A stretch of 26,615 nt of DNA. It comes from a virus (taxonomy: Duplodnaviria > Caudoviricetes). The stretch is from the IMG/VR virus record IMGVR_UViG_3300046103_002666, positions 1 to 26,615 of that record; one strand, 5' to 3'. Positions 16,887 to 25,168 of the stretch are shown here, in pieces (position 1 is the stretch's first letter; every line of letters begins with the position of its first letter). The notes below the pieces were generated by a model, which ran no database searches, was not told the DNA's origin, and worked only from the letters and a program-made list of their open reading frames with translations. A program made the translations under genes and the position numbers.

Positions 16887-18013
16887 GTAAGGGCGGTGGA
16901 AGCAAGACGGCGACCTCGACGAGTCGAGTGCTGCCGGAGTACGAGAAATTTGCTAACGAGAATTTGTCCATCGCCGGGACAATGGCTAACACCCCTCACA
17001 TGGGCTACAAGGGTGAGAGGTTAAGCGATTTCTCCGACGACGAGATGGCGGCATTCGAGCGGATTCGCCAGATCAATCCGAACGCCCTGGGGCTAGGTCA
17101 TGGCGTCGCGTCGCAGGTCTCACAAGCGGCCGCCCCCCTGATGAACGCGGGAAACGTCGCCGGCACCGCGCAGCAGTTGATGAACCCATACCAGCAGAAT
17201 GTCGTCGACACGACGATGTCGGAATTGCAGCGACAGAATCAAATGGCGCTCAATCAGGTCGGTCAAGGCGCGGCGGCAGCCGGAGCCTTTGGCGGATCGC
17301 GGCACGGTGTCGCGCAAGGCGAGACCAATCGCGGGTTCGCCGACGCGGCCGCGAGGGCGGCCGGACAGCTTAATCAGTCCGGGTACCAGCAAGCGATGGC
17401 TGATTCCATGAACATCGGGCAGCGAAACCAGGGGGCCGCTGACGCGAACCTTAACCGGCAATTACAGGCTGCCCAGCAGATGCAGTCGTCGGGGCAAGCC
17501 AGAATGGAGCAGGACCTGGGGTACGCGGGTGCCCTGGCCGGATCGGGCGCCTCTCAGAGGGACCGCGACCAAGCGGTCAAGGACCTCAATTTGGCCGATT
17601 TTTATGAGCAGCAAAACCATCCGCTGGACATGCTCTCCCTCCGGCAGCAAGCGCTCGGGCTGACCCCGTTGGGGTCTGTCCAGAAAATCCCAGTCCAACG
17701 ATCCGGGCTAAATTTTGGGTCTCTGCTCGGCGGCCTCGGATCTCTCGCGGGGGGGCTGGGGGGCACGGCCGGGCTACTGTGTTGGGTCGCGAGAGCGGTC
17801 TACGGCATACATAATCCGCGGTGGCTAATTTTTAGGCAATGGATGCTCCACGAGAGCCCCGCATGGTTCCGAGCGCTGTACCTGAAGCACGGCGAGAAAT
17901 TTGCCGAGTGGATCGCCGACAAGCCGCTCCTCAAGAGGCTGATACGCGCGGCGATGGACGTGGTGGTGGACCGCAAAATCCGGGAGAGTAACGATGTCGC
18001 TGCTGTCGCGTAA
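16883..18013 (+). CDS. DNA ejection protein 1 (gp7-like) with C-terminal Cys-initiated CWVA domain
   Basis: SD GGAG plus ATG 16883 (MSKGGGSKT). MNPYQQNVVD and AGAFGGSRHGVA motifs; Q/A/G-rich; ends GLL-CWVARAVYG... Confidence 0.8.
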   Translation: MSKGGGSKTATSTSRVLPEYEKFANENLSIAGTMANTPHMGYKGERLSDFSDDEMAAFERIRQINPNALGLGHGVASQVSQAAAPLMNAGNVAGTAQQLMNPYQQNVVDTTMSELQRQNQMALNQVGQGAAAAGAFGGSRHGVAQGETNRGFADAAARAAGQLNQSGYQQAMADSMNIGQRNQGAADANLNRQLQAAQQMQSSGQARMEQDLGYAGALAGSGASQRDRDQAVKDLNLADFYEQQNHPLDMLSLRQQALGLTPLGSVQKIPVQRSGLNFGSLLGGLGSLAGGLGGTAGLLCWVARAVYGIHNPRWLIFRQWMLHESPAWFRALYLKHGEKFAEWIADKPLLKRLIRAAMDVVVDRKIRESNDVAAVA

Positions 18014-19403
18014 TAACCGAGGGCTGCTCGGGCAAGGGCCGTTGGCGGTAATGCAAGCGGCCCAGCAACGTCGCGCCGCGATGCTAAAGCCCCAGGCGCC
18101 TCGCGTGATCCCTGCCGGCACGACCGTGATACGGGAGGCCGATCCCTTGAGGGGTTTTAGCGAGGGCATGGCGAAACTGGCGACTGGCCTGTTTGGCGAT
18201 CCCAAGGTGCGCGCCAACCGAGAGGCGATGTCAGCAGCTATGGCGCCAGAGGACGTCACCAATACGGTCACCACCCCGGGCGGGTTCCGCGTTCCAGGCC
18301 CCGCTGGGGCGACCCCGGTGTACCAAGACGTGGTAGATCCGGACGACCCTAATGCGGCGAGCCTCCGACAGACCCTCAAGGACCCTGCTATGGCGCAAAG
18401 TGCCGCGGAAATGACAGGCACGAGATACGTCCCCGACAAGGAGAGTCAGGTCACGACCCAGGCTCCCGCGTCCTACAGCACCGTTGTTGCGCGGCTAAAC
18501 GAGGCTGGACGCCCCGATTTGGCGCGATCTTACCTGTCTAGCAAGGCCGCCGAGGCGTCGCTCAGTTCCAACGAAAGGGACCGGTTGACGGCTGAGAGAG
18601 ATCAGGAAATCCGGCGAGAGGCGTCCATTTTGTACGCGGATAACAAAACACAGGAGGCGGTCGCGAAGCTCTTGCAATTGAGCGGCAACAACGCAGTCAC
18701 GCAAGCCGTCGCTCAGAGCCTCAACAAGCCGCCCAAGCAGCCCAAGCGGTACATGCAGGGGGCGCTCACGTTCGACGCAGACGGGACCCCCGTGATTAAC
18801 AAAGAGGTGCTTGCTATTCAAACGAAAATGAATGAACAAAAAGCCGAGAACAAGGCCATGACTGAAGGACAAGCGAAGGCAGCGGGGTACGCTATTAGGA
18901 TGAACACGGCCATGGGGATCATCGACGAACTCGGGGATTTTGGCACCACGGCCCGAGGCGGCGCGGAGGCGGTGGCATCAGACTGGGGGCTGGGCTCTAT
19001 GACGTCTGAAGATTCTCAAGTCTACCAGCAAGCGAAAGCCAATTTCATAAACGCAGTGCTGAGAAGAGAGTCAGGCGCAGTAATCAGCGACACGGAATTC
19101 GCCAAGGGCGACAGGCAATATTTTCCCAAGTTCGGGGACAAGGAACAGAACATCCGCAACAAAGCGCAAAACCGCGCGGACACGCTGGCAGGATTGATGG
19201 TGGGAGCGGGGAAGAGTTTTAGGCTGCCGCCCCGAGTTCCGAGGTACAGGGTCGTGTCTGAGACGGGCTCACGCGCCTCCTCTACCGCCGGCGAACCCTG
19301 GAAACGAACTAAGTCATTTTCCTACGAAGATGAGGCGAAGGCGGGATTTGACGGCGTCGAGCTAGACGAGCGCGAGCTTCGAGCCCTCAACAGGAGCAAC
19401 TGA
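17994..19403 (+). CDS. DNA ejection protein 2 (gp20-like position)
   Basis: Helical 469-aa protein with a C-terminal TEGQAKAAGYA.RM...NFINAVLRRESGAVIS..EF....QYFP..GD domain; synteny. Confidence 0.7.
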   Translation: MSLLSRNNRGLLGQGPLAVMQAAQQRRAAMLKPQAPRVIPAGTTVIREADPLRGFSEGMAKLATGLFGDPKVRANREAMSAAMAPEDVTNTVTTPGGFRVPGPAGATPVYQDVVDPDDPNAASLRQTLKDPAMAQSAAEMTGTRYVPDKESQVTTQAPASYSTVVARLNEAGRPDLARSYLSSKAAEASLSSNERDRLTAERDQEIRREASILYADNKTQEAVAKLLQLSGNNAVTQAVAQSLNKPPKQPKRYMQGALTFDADGTPVINKEVLAIQTKMNEQKAENKAMTEGQAKAAGYAIRMNTAMGIIDELGDFGTTARGGAEAVASDWGLGSMTSEDSQVYQQAKANFINAVLRRESGAVISDTEFAKGDRQYFPKFGDKEQNIRNKAQNRADTLAGLMVGAGKSFRLPPRVPRYRVVSETGSRASSTAGEPWKRTKSFSYEDEAKAGFDGVELDERELRALNRSN

Positions 19404-19404
19404 G

Positions 19405-21369
19405 ATGAAATTGGAAATCGAAGGTCTGGGCGTTGTCGAGATAAACATGTCTGAATCTCAATGGGCTAACCTTCCGGAAACTCAGAAAAACATGGTGGTC
19501 TCTGAACTATACGCGTCGAGATCCTCGGCGCCAGATGAGCCCCAGGGGGACGGCTACAACACCCTATCGACCGCCGCGCGCACGCTCGGTCAAGGCGCCA
19601 GTTTCGGCTGGGGGGACGAGCTAGAGGCGGGCGTCCGGTCGCAATTTTCCGATCGCAGCTACGAGGATATCCGCGACGAACTGCGCGGCGATCTGAAGGA
19701 ATTCTCCCAGGACAACCCTGGGACCGCGCTAGCGCTGGAGATAGGCGGCGGGTTTTTAGTTCCCGGCGCCGGGGTCGCTGCCGGCGCGCTGAAGGGCGCC
19801 AAGACGATCGGCGGCCGGATGGCTAGATCAGCCGGCTTAGGCATGGGATCCGGCGCGGCGTCGGGATTGGGATCCAGCAACGCATCTGACGTTGGCGGGT
19901 TAGCTGTCGACACCGGGATAGGCGCAGGAATGGGTCTCGGTCTCGGCGGGGTAATCCCCGGCGCGGCGGAACTGGCGGGCCGCGGCGTCCGACGAGTGGG
20001 GAATAGCCTAGGGATTGGCGCTGAAAATTTTGCAGATCGGAAAATGCTGCGCGCGCTCCAGCAGGGCGGAATGACACCCGAGCAAGCTGCGAGAGAGCTC
20101 CAAGCCGCGAGATCGCAGGGCGTGGAAGATTACATGCTGGCAGACACATCCAAGCAAGCGAGGGACCTGTCGTACTCCGCTCAAGCGGTGCCTAATCCAA
20201 ATCAGGAGAACGTCGCCGAAAAATTAGCGGAGCGGTACGACACCCAGGCGGCGTCGATATCCAACAAGGTTTCGGACACGCTCGGAACGAAAGCGGACAC
20301 CGCTCTAAATTATATCGATGAGCTAGCAGAGTCGCAGAGCATTATGGCTCGGGCAGCGTACCCGGAGGCCTATAAAAAGCAGCTGTCAGCTGTCCCGTTT
20401 CGCAAGTTTGTCGAGAGCGACTTTTTTAGAAAAGCCTACGAACAGGCGCGCGTGATCCAGGACGCTCGAAATATTATGGACCCCACGTCCATCAAGGTCC
20501 CCCCAATTGATGCGATTAATAACGCGCAATTCATTCCGACGGAATTACTGCACACGATCAAGCGTGGCATGGACGAGGTGGTCGAGTCGGGGCGCGACAG
20601 CATCACCAAAAAACTTGACGGTAAAAGCGAGGCTTTCAATCGTGTGAGGGTCGGGTTCAACGACTTAATCAAAGAAATGAACCCGGACTACGCTCGCGCA
20701 AACGCACAATTCGCGGATTTCATGACGCTGCGCTCCGCAAACGAAATGGGCGAGGCGTACCTGCGCACGCCGATAAAAGACCTCTCCCGCATGATGATGG
20801 GGTGGAAAGGGTCCAAAAGTGCTGGCGAGCTTGAGGCTTTTCGGGCGGGGCTGGTCAACCGAATAATGGATCGGGCGTCGACGATGTCGGACGGCGCAGA
20901 TTTCACCAAGGAGGTTTTTGGCAGCCCCCGAAAACGCGACATTCTAAAGCTGGCTTTCCCAAGCGGGAATGATTTTGACGAGTTTGTGACGTTTATCAAA
21001 CGGCAAAAATCGATGGTGCGGACAAACCGAGCAATAAGCGGAGGATCCCAGACTGCTCCTAGGGAGGTGTCGCAAGCTGCCGCGGGGATCGACCCCGGCA
21101 TGATCCTCGATGTCGCCACCAGCCCTGGGGTCGGATCGGCCACCCGGACGATGCTGCCCAGGCTCATGGGGCGGGCGTCAGGACTGTCGGAGAAGTCTGC
21201 TGACAGGATTCTTCAGGGCATGACCGAGACCGATCCTCGAAAGCAGATGGAGGTCCTGAAACGATTGCAAGCGCTCGGGAACAAACCGCCGTCGCGCGCG
21301 CTGAACCCCGATCTATATTCCACCTCGGTCGGGAATATTAGCGGCCTCCTCTCTGGATACGATCAGTGA
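19405..21369 (+). CDS. DNA ejection protein 3 (gp16-like position)
   Basis: QGASFGWGDELEAGVRS, NPGTALALEIGGG, Gly/Ala amphipathic segment, GGSQTA motif; synteny. Confidence 0.78.
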   Translation: MKLEIEGLGVVEINMSESQWANLPETQKNMVVSELYASRSSAPDEPQGDGYNTLSTAARTLGQGASFGWGDELEAGVRSQFSDRSYEDIRDELRGDLKEFSQDNPGTALALEIGGGFLVPGAGVAAGALKGAKTIGGRMARSAGLGMGSGAASGLGSSNASDVGGLAVDTGIGAGMGLGLGGVIPGAAELAGRGVRRVGNSLGIGAENFADRKMLRALQQGGMTPEQAARELQAARSQGVEDYMLADTSKQARDLSYSAQAVPNPNQENVAEKLAERYDTQAASISNKVSDTLGTKADTALNYIDELAESQSIMARAAYPEAYKKQLSAVPFRKFVESDFFRKAYEQARVIQDARNIMDPTSIKVPPIDAINNAQFIPTELLHTIKRGMDEVVESGRDSITKKLDGKSEAFNRVRVGFNDLIKEMNPDYARANAQFADFMTLRSANEMGEAYLRTPIKDLSRMMMGWKGSKSAGELEAFRAGLVNRIMDRASTMSDGADFTKEVFGSPRKRDILKLAFPSGNDFDEFVTFIKRQKSMVRTNRAISGGSQTAPREVSQAAAGIDPGMILDVATSPGVGSATRTMLPRLMGRASGLSEKSADRILQGMTETDPRKQMEVLKRLQALGNKPPSRALNPDLYSTSVGNISGLLSGYDQ

Positions 21370-21671
21370 CACACGCGGTTTTGGTGATCGCCACAATGGT
21401 TATTTTGGGGCTATCGTCTTCGGCGGCAGCAGCTCGCGGGCCATGTGCGCCGACCAAAACTGCGGACGAAAACCTGAGAAAAAAACATGGCGAGGTTCCG
21501 GTATTTGCGGGGTTGAACCGAGGCGGTGTCCTTTTCCAGCTGTATCAAAACCTCAGCACCGGCACCTGGACAGCCACGGTGACGCATCCCGGGCTAATGA
21601 CGTCATGCGTCGTCGACGCAGGGCGATCAGGGGAGTTGATTGATCCCCCCAAGCCCGGCAAAAAACTCTAG
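21366..21671 (+). CDS. Hypothetical exported protein
   Basis: GTGA overlap with the upstream stop. Hydrophobic N-terminal signal-like peptide ending in AAAA; two Cys; TGTWT motif. Confidence 0.65.
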   Translation: MTHAVLVIATMVILGLSSSAAAARGPCAPTKTADENLRKKHGEVPVFAGLNRGGVLFQLYQNLSTGTWTATVTHPGLMTSCVVDAGRSGELIDPPKPGKKL

Positions 21672-21673
21672 GG

Positions 21674-21967
21674 GTGTACAGACCCCACGCCGACGGTGCT
21701 CGCGGTGAGTTGATCGCCGCCGCGTGGTTCCTTCACCGCGGCTGGATGGTTTTTAGAAATGTAAGCGGGCACGGACCAGTCGATCTGACGGTCGCCCGAA
21801 TGCGTCGATCGGGCGTCGACGTTCAGCTGATCGAGGTCAGATACGGGTCGATCAACACCCGTGTCAGAGAATTGACGGATCTACAGAAACGACTGGGCGT
21901 CTCGATGGCGACGGTCGGGAGCGACGGGTCAGTCGAGTGGACCCCCACAACTAAAGGGAAAGCATGA
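21674..21967 (+). CDS. Small PD-(D/E)XK-family nuclease-like protein (Hjc/resolvase-like)
   Basis: G.RGELIAA.W....GW.VFRN....GPVDL......IEVR; the catalytic Lys position is Arg. Confidence 0.65.
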   Translation: MYRPHADGARGELIAAAWFLHRGWMVFRNVSGHGPVDLTVARMRRSGVDVQLIEVRYGSINTRVRELTDLQKRLGVSMATVGSDGSVEWTPTTKGKA

Positions 21968-22104
21968 TGGATTTATCAAAATTATGTGACGCCTACATGG
22001 CAGTTCGGAATTGGTACACCTCCCAGCTGCCGGTAGCTCGGTGGATAATCGGGATGCTGCTGGCGTTTCTGGTGGCTGTCGCAGCCCTAAAGGTCTTTGC
22101 GTGA
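21964..22104 (+). CDS. 46-aa single-pass membrane protein, not in the ORF track
   Basis: Hand translation MMDLSKLCDAYMAVRNWYTSQLPVARWIIGMLLAFLVAVAALKVFA. ATGA overlap upstream and TGATG overlap downstream. Confidence 0.7.
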   Translation: MMDLSKLCDAYMAVRNWYTSQLPVARWIIGMLLAFLVAVAALKVFA

Positions 22105-22556
22105 TGCTGACGTTGATCGGTTCTGTGCTGGGCTTCGCCACCAGTTTCGCGCCGAAAATTTTTGAGCATTTCGAGGAGAAAGCCGACCGTGCTCACGAGC
22201 TCGCCATGGTTGATCGTCAGATGGAGCAGATGCGCGTGGGCTCGGAGCTCAAACTCCAGGAGATCAACGTCCAGGCGGACATTTCCGAGACCAAGGCGAT
22301 CTACCGGCACGACGGAAAAATGAAAAACGACGGCTGGGTTGGCGGGCTGCGCGCCTCAGTCCGACCTGTCGTCACCTACCTGCTGCTGGGGCTGTTGATC
22401 GCGGTGAAGGCCACCGGGATCTACGCCCTGATAGCCCTGGAAGGCGTAATGGTTTCAGCCGCGCTGCCCCAGATCTGGGATGACCAGACAGGAGCCGTCT
22501 GGGCCGCCGTGATTTCATTTTGGTTTGGGTCAAGGTCACTGGCGAGGCGAAAATGA
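22104..22556 (+). CDS. Putative holin (3TM-holin-like)
   Basis: Start reassigned to coupled ATG 22104 (MLTLIGSVLGF). LRASVRPVVTY and ISFWFGSR motifs, hydrophobic segments, upstream of the lysozyme. Confidence 0.75.
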   Translation: MLTLIGSVLGFATSFAPKIFEHFEEKADRAHELAMVDRQMEQMRVGSELKLQEINVQADISETKAIYRHDGKMKNDGWVGGLRASVRPVVTYLLLGLLIAVKATGIYALIALEGVMVSAALPQIWDDQTGAVWAAVISFWFGSRSLARRK

Positions 22557-22714
22557 TTACAGCCGATGCGCTTTCTGTCATTTCAGCGCTTTGGCCCATT
22601 TTCCTGTTTGGCGCCACCATGATTTTTGCGTTGGTAAAAATCTACGTCGACCTCGAACACCTCAAGCAAAAAGTCACCGTTCTTTTCCAGCTGTTTAACG
22701 AAAGTAAAAAATGA
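22553..22714 (+). CDS. 53-aa membrane protein with coiled-coil tail (lysis cassette)
   Basis: ATGA-coupled start at 22553; TM segment LWPIFLFGATMIFALV followed by LEHLKQKVTVLFQLFN. Confidence 0.7.
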   Translation: MITADALSVISALWPIFLFGATMIFALVKIYVDLEHLKQKVTVLFQLFNESKK

Positions 22715-23040
22715 TGGAACAAGTCACGGCTATGTCCACGGATTTCACGACGTGGGCCGCGCCGTTATTGGCGGCAACGCTCGCGTTGGTGATCGCGTTA
22801 GCTGTCAAAGATTGGGCTATAAATTTCTTCACTGGCCTCAAATTCAAATTAGACTCCGCGTGGTATGAAGGCGCCCACTGCTACGTCGACGGCGAGCCGG
22901 CGGTGATCGTCAAAATCGGAATATCAGAGACGGTGTTCCAGATCCAGAATGGCCGCGGCACGGTTTGGCGACATGTGTCGAACGAAAGAATCAAATATCT
23001 CAGGATAGAGAGATGCATAGATCGGTTGAAACGAAAATGA
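22711..23040 (+). CDS. Miniature MscS-family (mechanosensitive channel)-like protein
   Basis: A TM helix followed by ALAVKD.AINFFTGL...W.EG....VDG....IVKIG...T......V.N, matching the MscS TM3 plus middle beta-domain pattern. Confidence 0.65.
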   Translation: MMEQVTAMSTDFTTWAAPLLAATLALVIALAVKDWAINFFTGLKFKLDSAWYEGAHCYVDGEPAVIVKIGISETVFQIQNGRGTVWRHVSNERIKYLRIERCIDRLKRK

Positions 23041-23480
23041 AAACCGGCGAGGCGGGCGTCGACCTGATCTGCGCGTTCGAGGGTTTTCGGTCAGACCCAT
23101 ATCTTTGCCCAGCCCAGGTCTGGACCTACGGGTACGGGTCGACTCGCGATTTCCGGGGGCGCCCGGTTCACGAGCAAACGAATTCGATATCGGAGGGTGA
23201 CGCGCGGCATCTCCTGGGTACGGAACTCGACCAATTTGAGCGCCGGGTCCATCGCCTACTGCCGGTGGATCTCGAACAACACCAGTTCGACTCGCTGCTT
23301 TCGTTTACCTACAATCTCGGCGCCGGGGCCCTCCAGGCGTCGACCCTTCGAAAGAAAATTCTGCGCTATGATATGGATGGCGCCGCCCGGGAATTCGAGC
23401 GCTGGGTATTTGCCGGCGGTCGCAAGCTGGCGGGCCTTGTCAGGCGCCGCGCGGCCGAACGGGATATGTTTGAAGGGTAG
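23037..23480 (+). CDS. Endolysin, GH24 lysozyme
   Basis: Catalytic E-x8-C-x5-T (FEGFRSDPYLCPAQVWTYGYG), QFDSLLSFTYNLG, GLVRRRAAE. Start at coupled ATG 23037; no SAR segment. Confidence 0.95.
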   Translation: MKTGEAGVDLICAFEGFRSDPYLCPAQVWTYGYGSTRDFRGRPVHEQTNSISEGDARHLLGTELDQFERRVHRLLPVDLEQHQFDSLLSFTYNLGAGALQASTLRKKILRYDMDGAAREFERWVFAGGRKLAGLVRRRAAERDMFEG

Positions 23481-23735
23481 TCAGGCGGTTCGCCAGACCC
23501 TAAATCGAGCCCCTACCGACCGCTTTGCCGAGCATCCTCCACTTTTGCTGATCGCCAGACAAAACGCGATGGCTTCGTTCAGGGTGTTGACCTGCACCGA
23601 GTCACCGACCTCCATCATGTCGGTTATTCGAGCCCAGCTGTTTTTTCTATATTTCGCTCGCTCCAGCGCCGGCAAAGGTATGCCGCGCTCTATTATCGGA
23701 TCCGCATCGGGGCGATCCACGCGCTCGTATTTCAT
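23481..23735 (-). CDS. Small putative DNA-binding phage protein
   Basis: IERGIPLP.....KY.......MEVGDS......R.......RVWR pattern common in phage early regions. Confidence 0.7.
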   Translation of the reverse strand: MKYERVDRPDADPIIERGIPLPALERAKYRKNSWARITDMMEVGDSVQVNTLNEAIAFCLAISKSGGCSAKRSVGARFRVWRTA

Positions 23736-23992
23736 GGCGACATACTCCAGGGATACTCGTCGCGGACCTCCACTGACCGTTCGTATGGCTCGCCTTGTAA
23801 CGTCTTGGATATGGCGATGCCTAACTCGTACAGCGCATCGTTCAGGTCCCCAGGCTTTCCTCTCTCCGATATAAATACCTCGCAGGGCTCCCCTGTATCG
23901 GGGTGGTAGCCGATCGAAAAAACAAACTTAAATGTCTCAAAATCGAGCTCTATCTGCTCCGACGGGCGACGATTTGGGGGCACACGAATCAT
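23732..23992 (-). CDS. Stand-alone TSCPD-like domain protein (related to class II ribonucleotide reductase C-terminal domain)
   Basis: PNRRPS.......F.....G......P.EVFI...K..DL......LGIAISK.LQ. Start reassigned to ATG 23992 (ATGA overlap). Confidence 0.65.
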   Translation of the reverse strand: MIRVPPNRRPSEQIELDFETFKFVFSIGYHPDTGEPCEVFISERGKPGDLNDALYELGIAISKTLQGEPYERSVEVRDEYPWSMSP

Positions 23993-24204
23993 TCGAGCCC
24001 CTCCCCAGAACAGCACTCCGAGACGTTCCTGCCACACTCGCACTGTAGATGGCCGGCGACGTAGTCTGCCCAGACCTCTCCCTCTACGAATTTACCACAC
24101 CACATACAATTCAAGACGTCGGGGGGCGACGGTTCATGCCGCCGCCCCTCGATTTTGCTCGCCCGATTGACGTTCAGATTTTTAGCAACCGGGTTGCGCG
24201 CCAT
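23989..24204 (-). CDS. Small Cys-rich (putative Zn-binding) protein
   Basis: CMWC...HLQCECG.NV.ECCSGE; start ATG 24204 just after the upstream stop. Confidence 0.7.
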   Translation of the reverse strand: MARNPVAKNLNVNRASKIEGRRHEPSPPDVLNCMWCGKFVEGEVWADYVAGHLQCECGRNVSECCSGEGLE

Positions 24205-24205
24205 T

Positions 24206-25168
24206 TTATTTAACAATCCTGGGCAGCGCCGAACGGGTGCCCAGGTTTGGAATGGTCACTCGGGACTTATTAGTCCGGTGCGCGTTCCAACCCACGATTA
24301 GGCACGATAGAACGTCTTTCGCTGCCAGCCGTTCTTGAATAAGGCGGTTCCTCACCTTTAGGGCTGGGGTGCCGGCGGGACAATCCGCTCCGGTTGCGAT
24401 CCTCGTCATGTAGATGTCTGCCTGAGCTCGGGAATATTCCGCGAACAGATAATGTGCGGCCGTGGATATGCTCGGCGTCGGCACCCGATTATGCATGAAA
24501 AGATGAGCATACGGGACGGACAGGGCAAAATTGTCCAGTGTTGTGTAGAAATCATAGAGAACTGATTTCTCGATCAATGTCGGGCTCATAGTCTGGGGCG
24601 AGAGGCGGGCCTCAGATCGGTACATATGGATCCATTTGCTGGCAGCTGCCGCAACGTGAGCGTGGGGACAGCCATTTATCGCGAATATATCGGCGTTTGT
24701 CCTTTTTAGACCCACATCGATTTTGTCAAAAGAATTCGCCGGAAGCCCGAAACGCACGAGGGCGTTGTCAACTGTGACCTCAGCCTTGACGATAGCCTCC
24801 AGTCGGTGCTGCCCGTCCAGAAGGCTCCCCGCGTCGGAAAAGATAATGGTTGTCAGGGCACCCTCCCATTTCCCGGAGGTCATTTCTCTCGCCCAATGGT
24901 CGACCTTCACCCTGCTGATCGGTCGATTTTTGGTGTTGTATGTCAGCATTTCCGCCGCCAGACCTGGGGTAATCCTCATGCGGTCCTCGTGCTGGCGCCG
25001 CGCGCCTACGTCAATGAGGCGCGACAGGGTCATAGACTTTTTTGACAGGTCGCGGCTCTTTTGCGAGGTTCGTGCCCAAACCTCTGCCCGTTGCTGCGCC
25101 CGTGGGTGTATTTTGGTCTCCCGTTGGGGGACACCAGACACCGCCATCGCCATTTGATTCTTACTCAT
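24206..25168 (-). CDS. ParB/Srx-like N-terminal domain (DGQHR) protein
   Basis: ITP..A.EML..N..NRPIS...V...A.EM..G.W......I.F...G.LLDGQHRL.AI; SD AGGAG. Confidence 0.8.
   Translation of the reverse strand: MSKNQMAMAVSGVPQRETKIHPRAQQRAEVWARTSQKSRDLSKKSMTLSRLIDVGARRQHEDRMRITPGLAAEMLTYNTKNRPISRVKVDHWAREMTSGKWEGALTTIIFSDAGSLLDGQHRLEAIVKAEVTVDNALVRFGLPANSFDKIDVGLKRTNADIFAINGCPHAHVAAAASKWIHMYRSEARLSPQTMSPTLIEKSVLYDFYTTLDNFALSVPYAHLFMHNRVPTPSISTAAHYLFAEYSRAQADIYMTRIATGADCPAGTPALKVRNRLIQERLAAKDVLSCLIVGWNAHRTNKSRVTIPNLGTRSALPRIVK

Noticed and set aside
23197-23874. 225-aa plus-strand ORF overlapping the lysozyme, considered as an embedded spanin
   Set aside because: No TM or lipobox signal, Arg/Ser-rich off-frame composition, and it overlaps two credible minus-strand genes.
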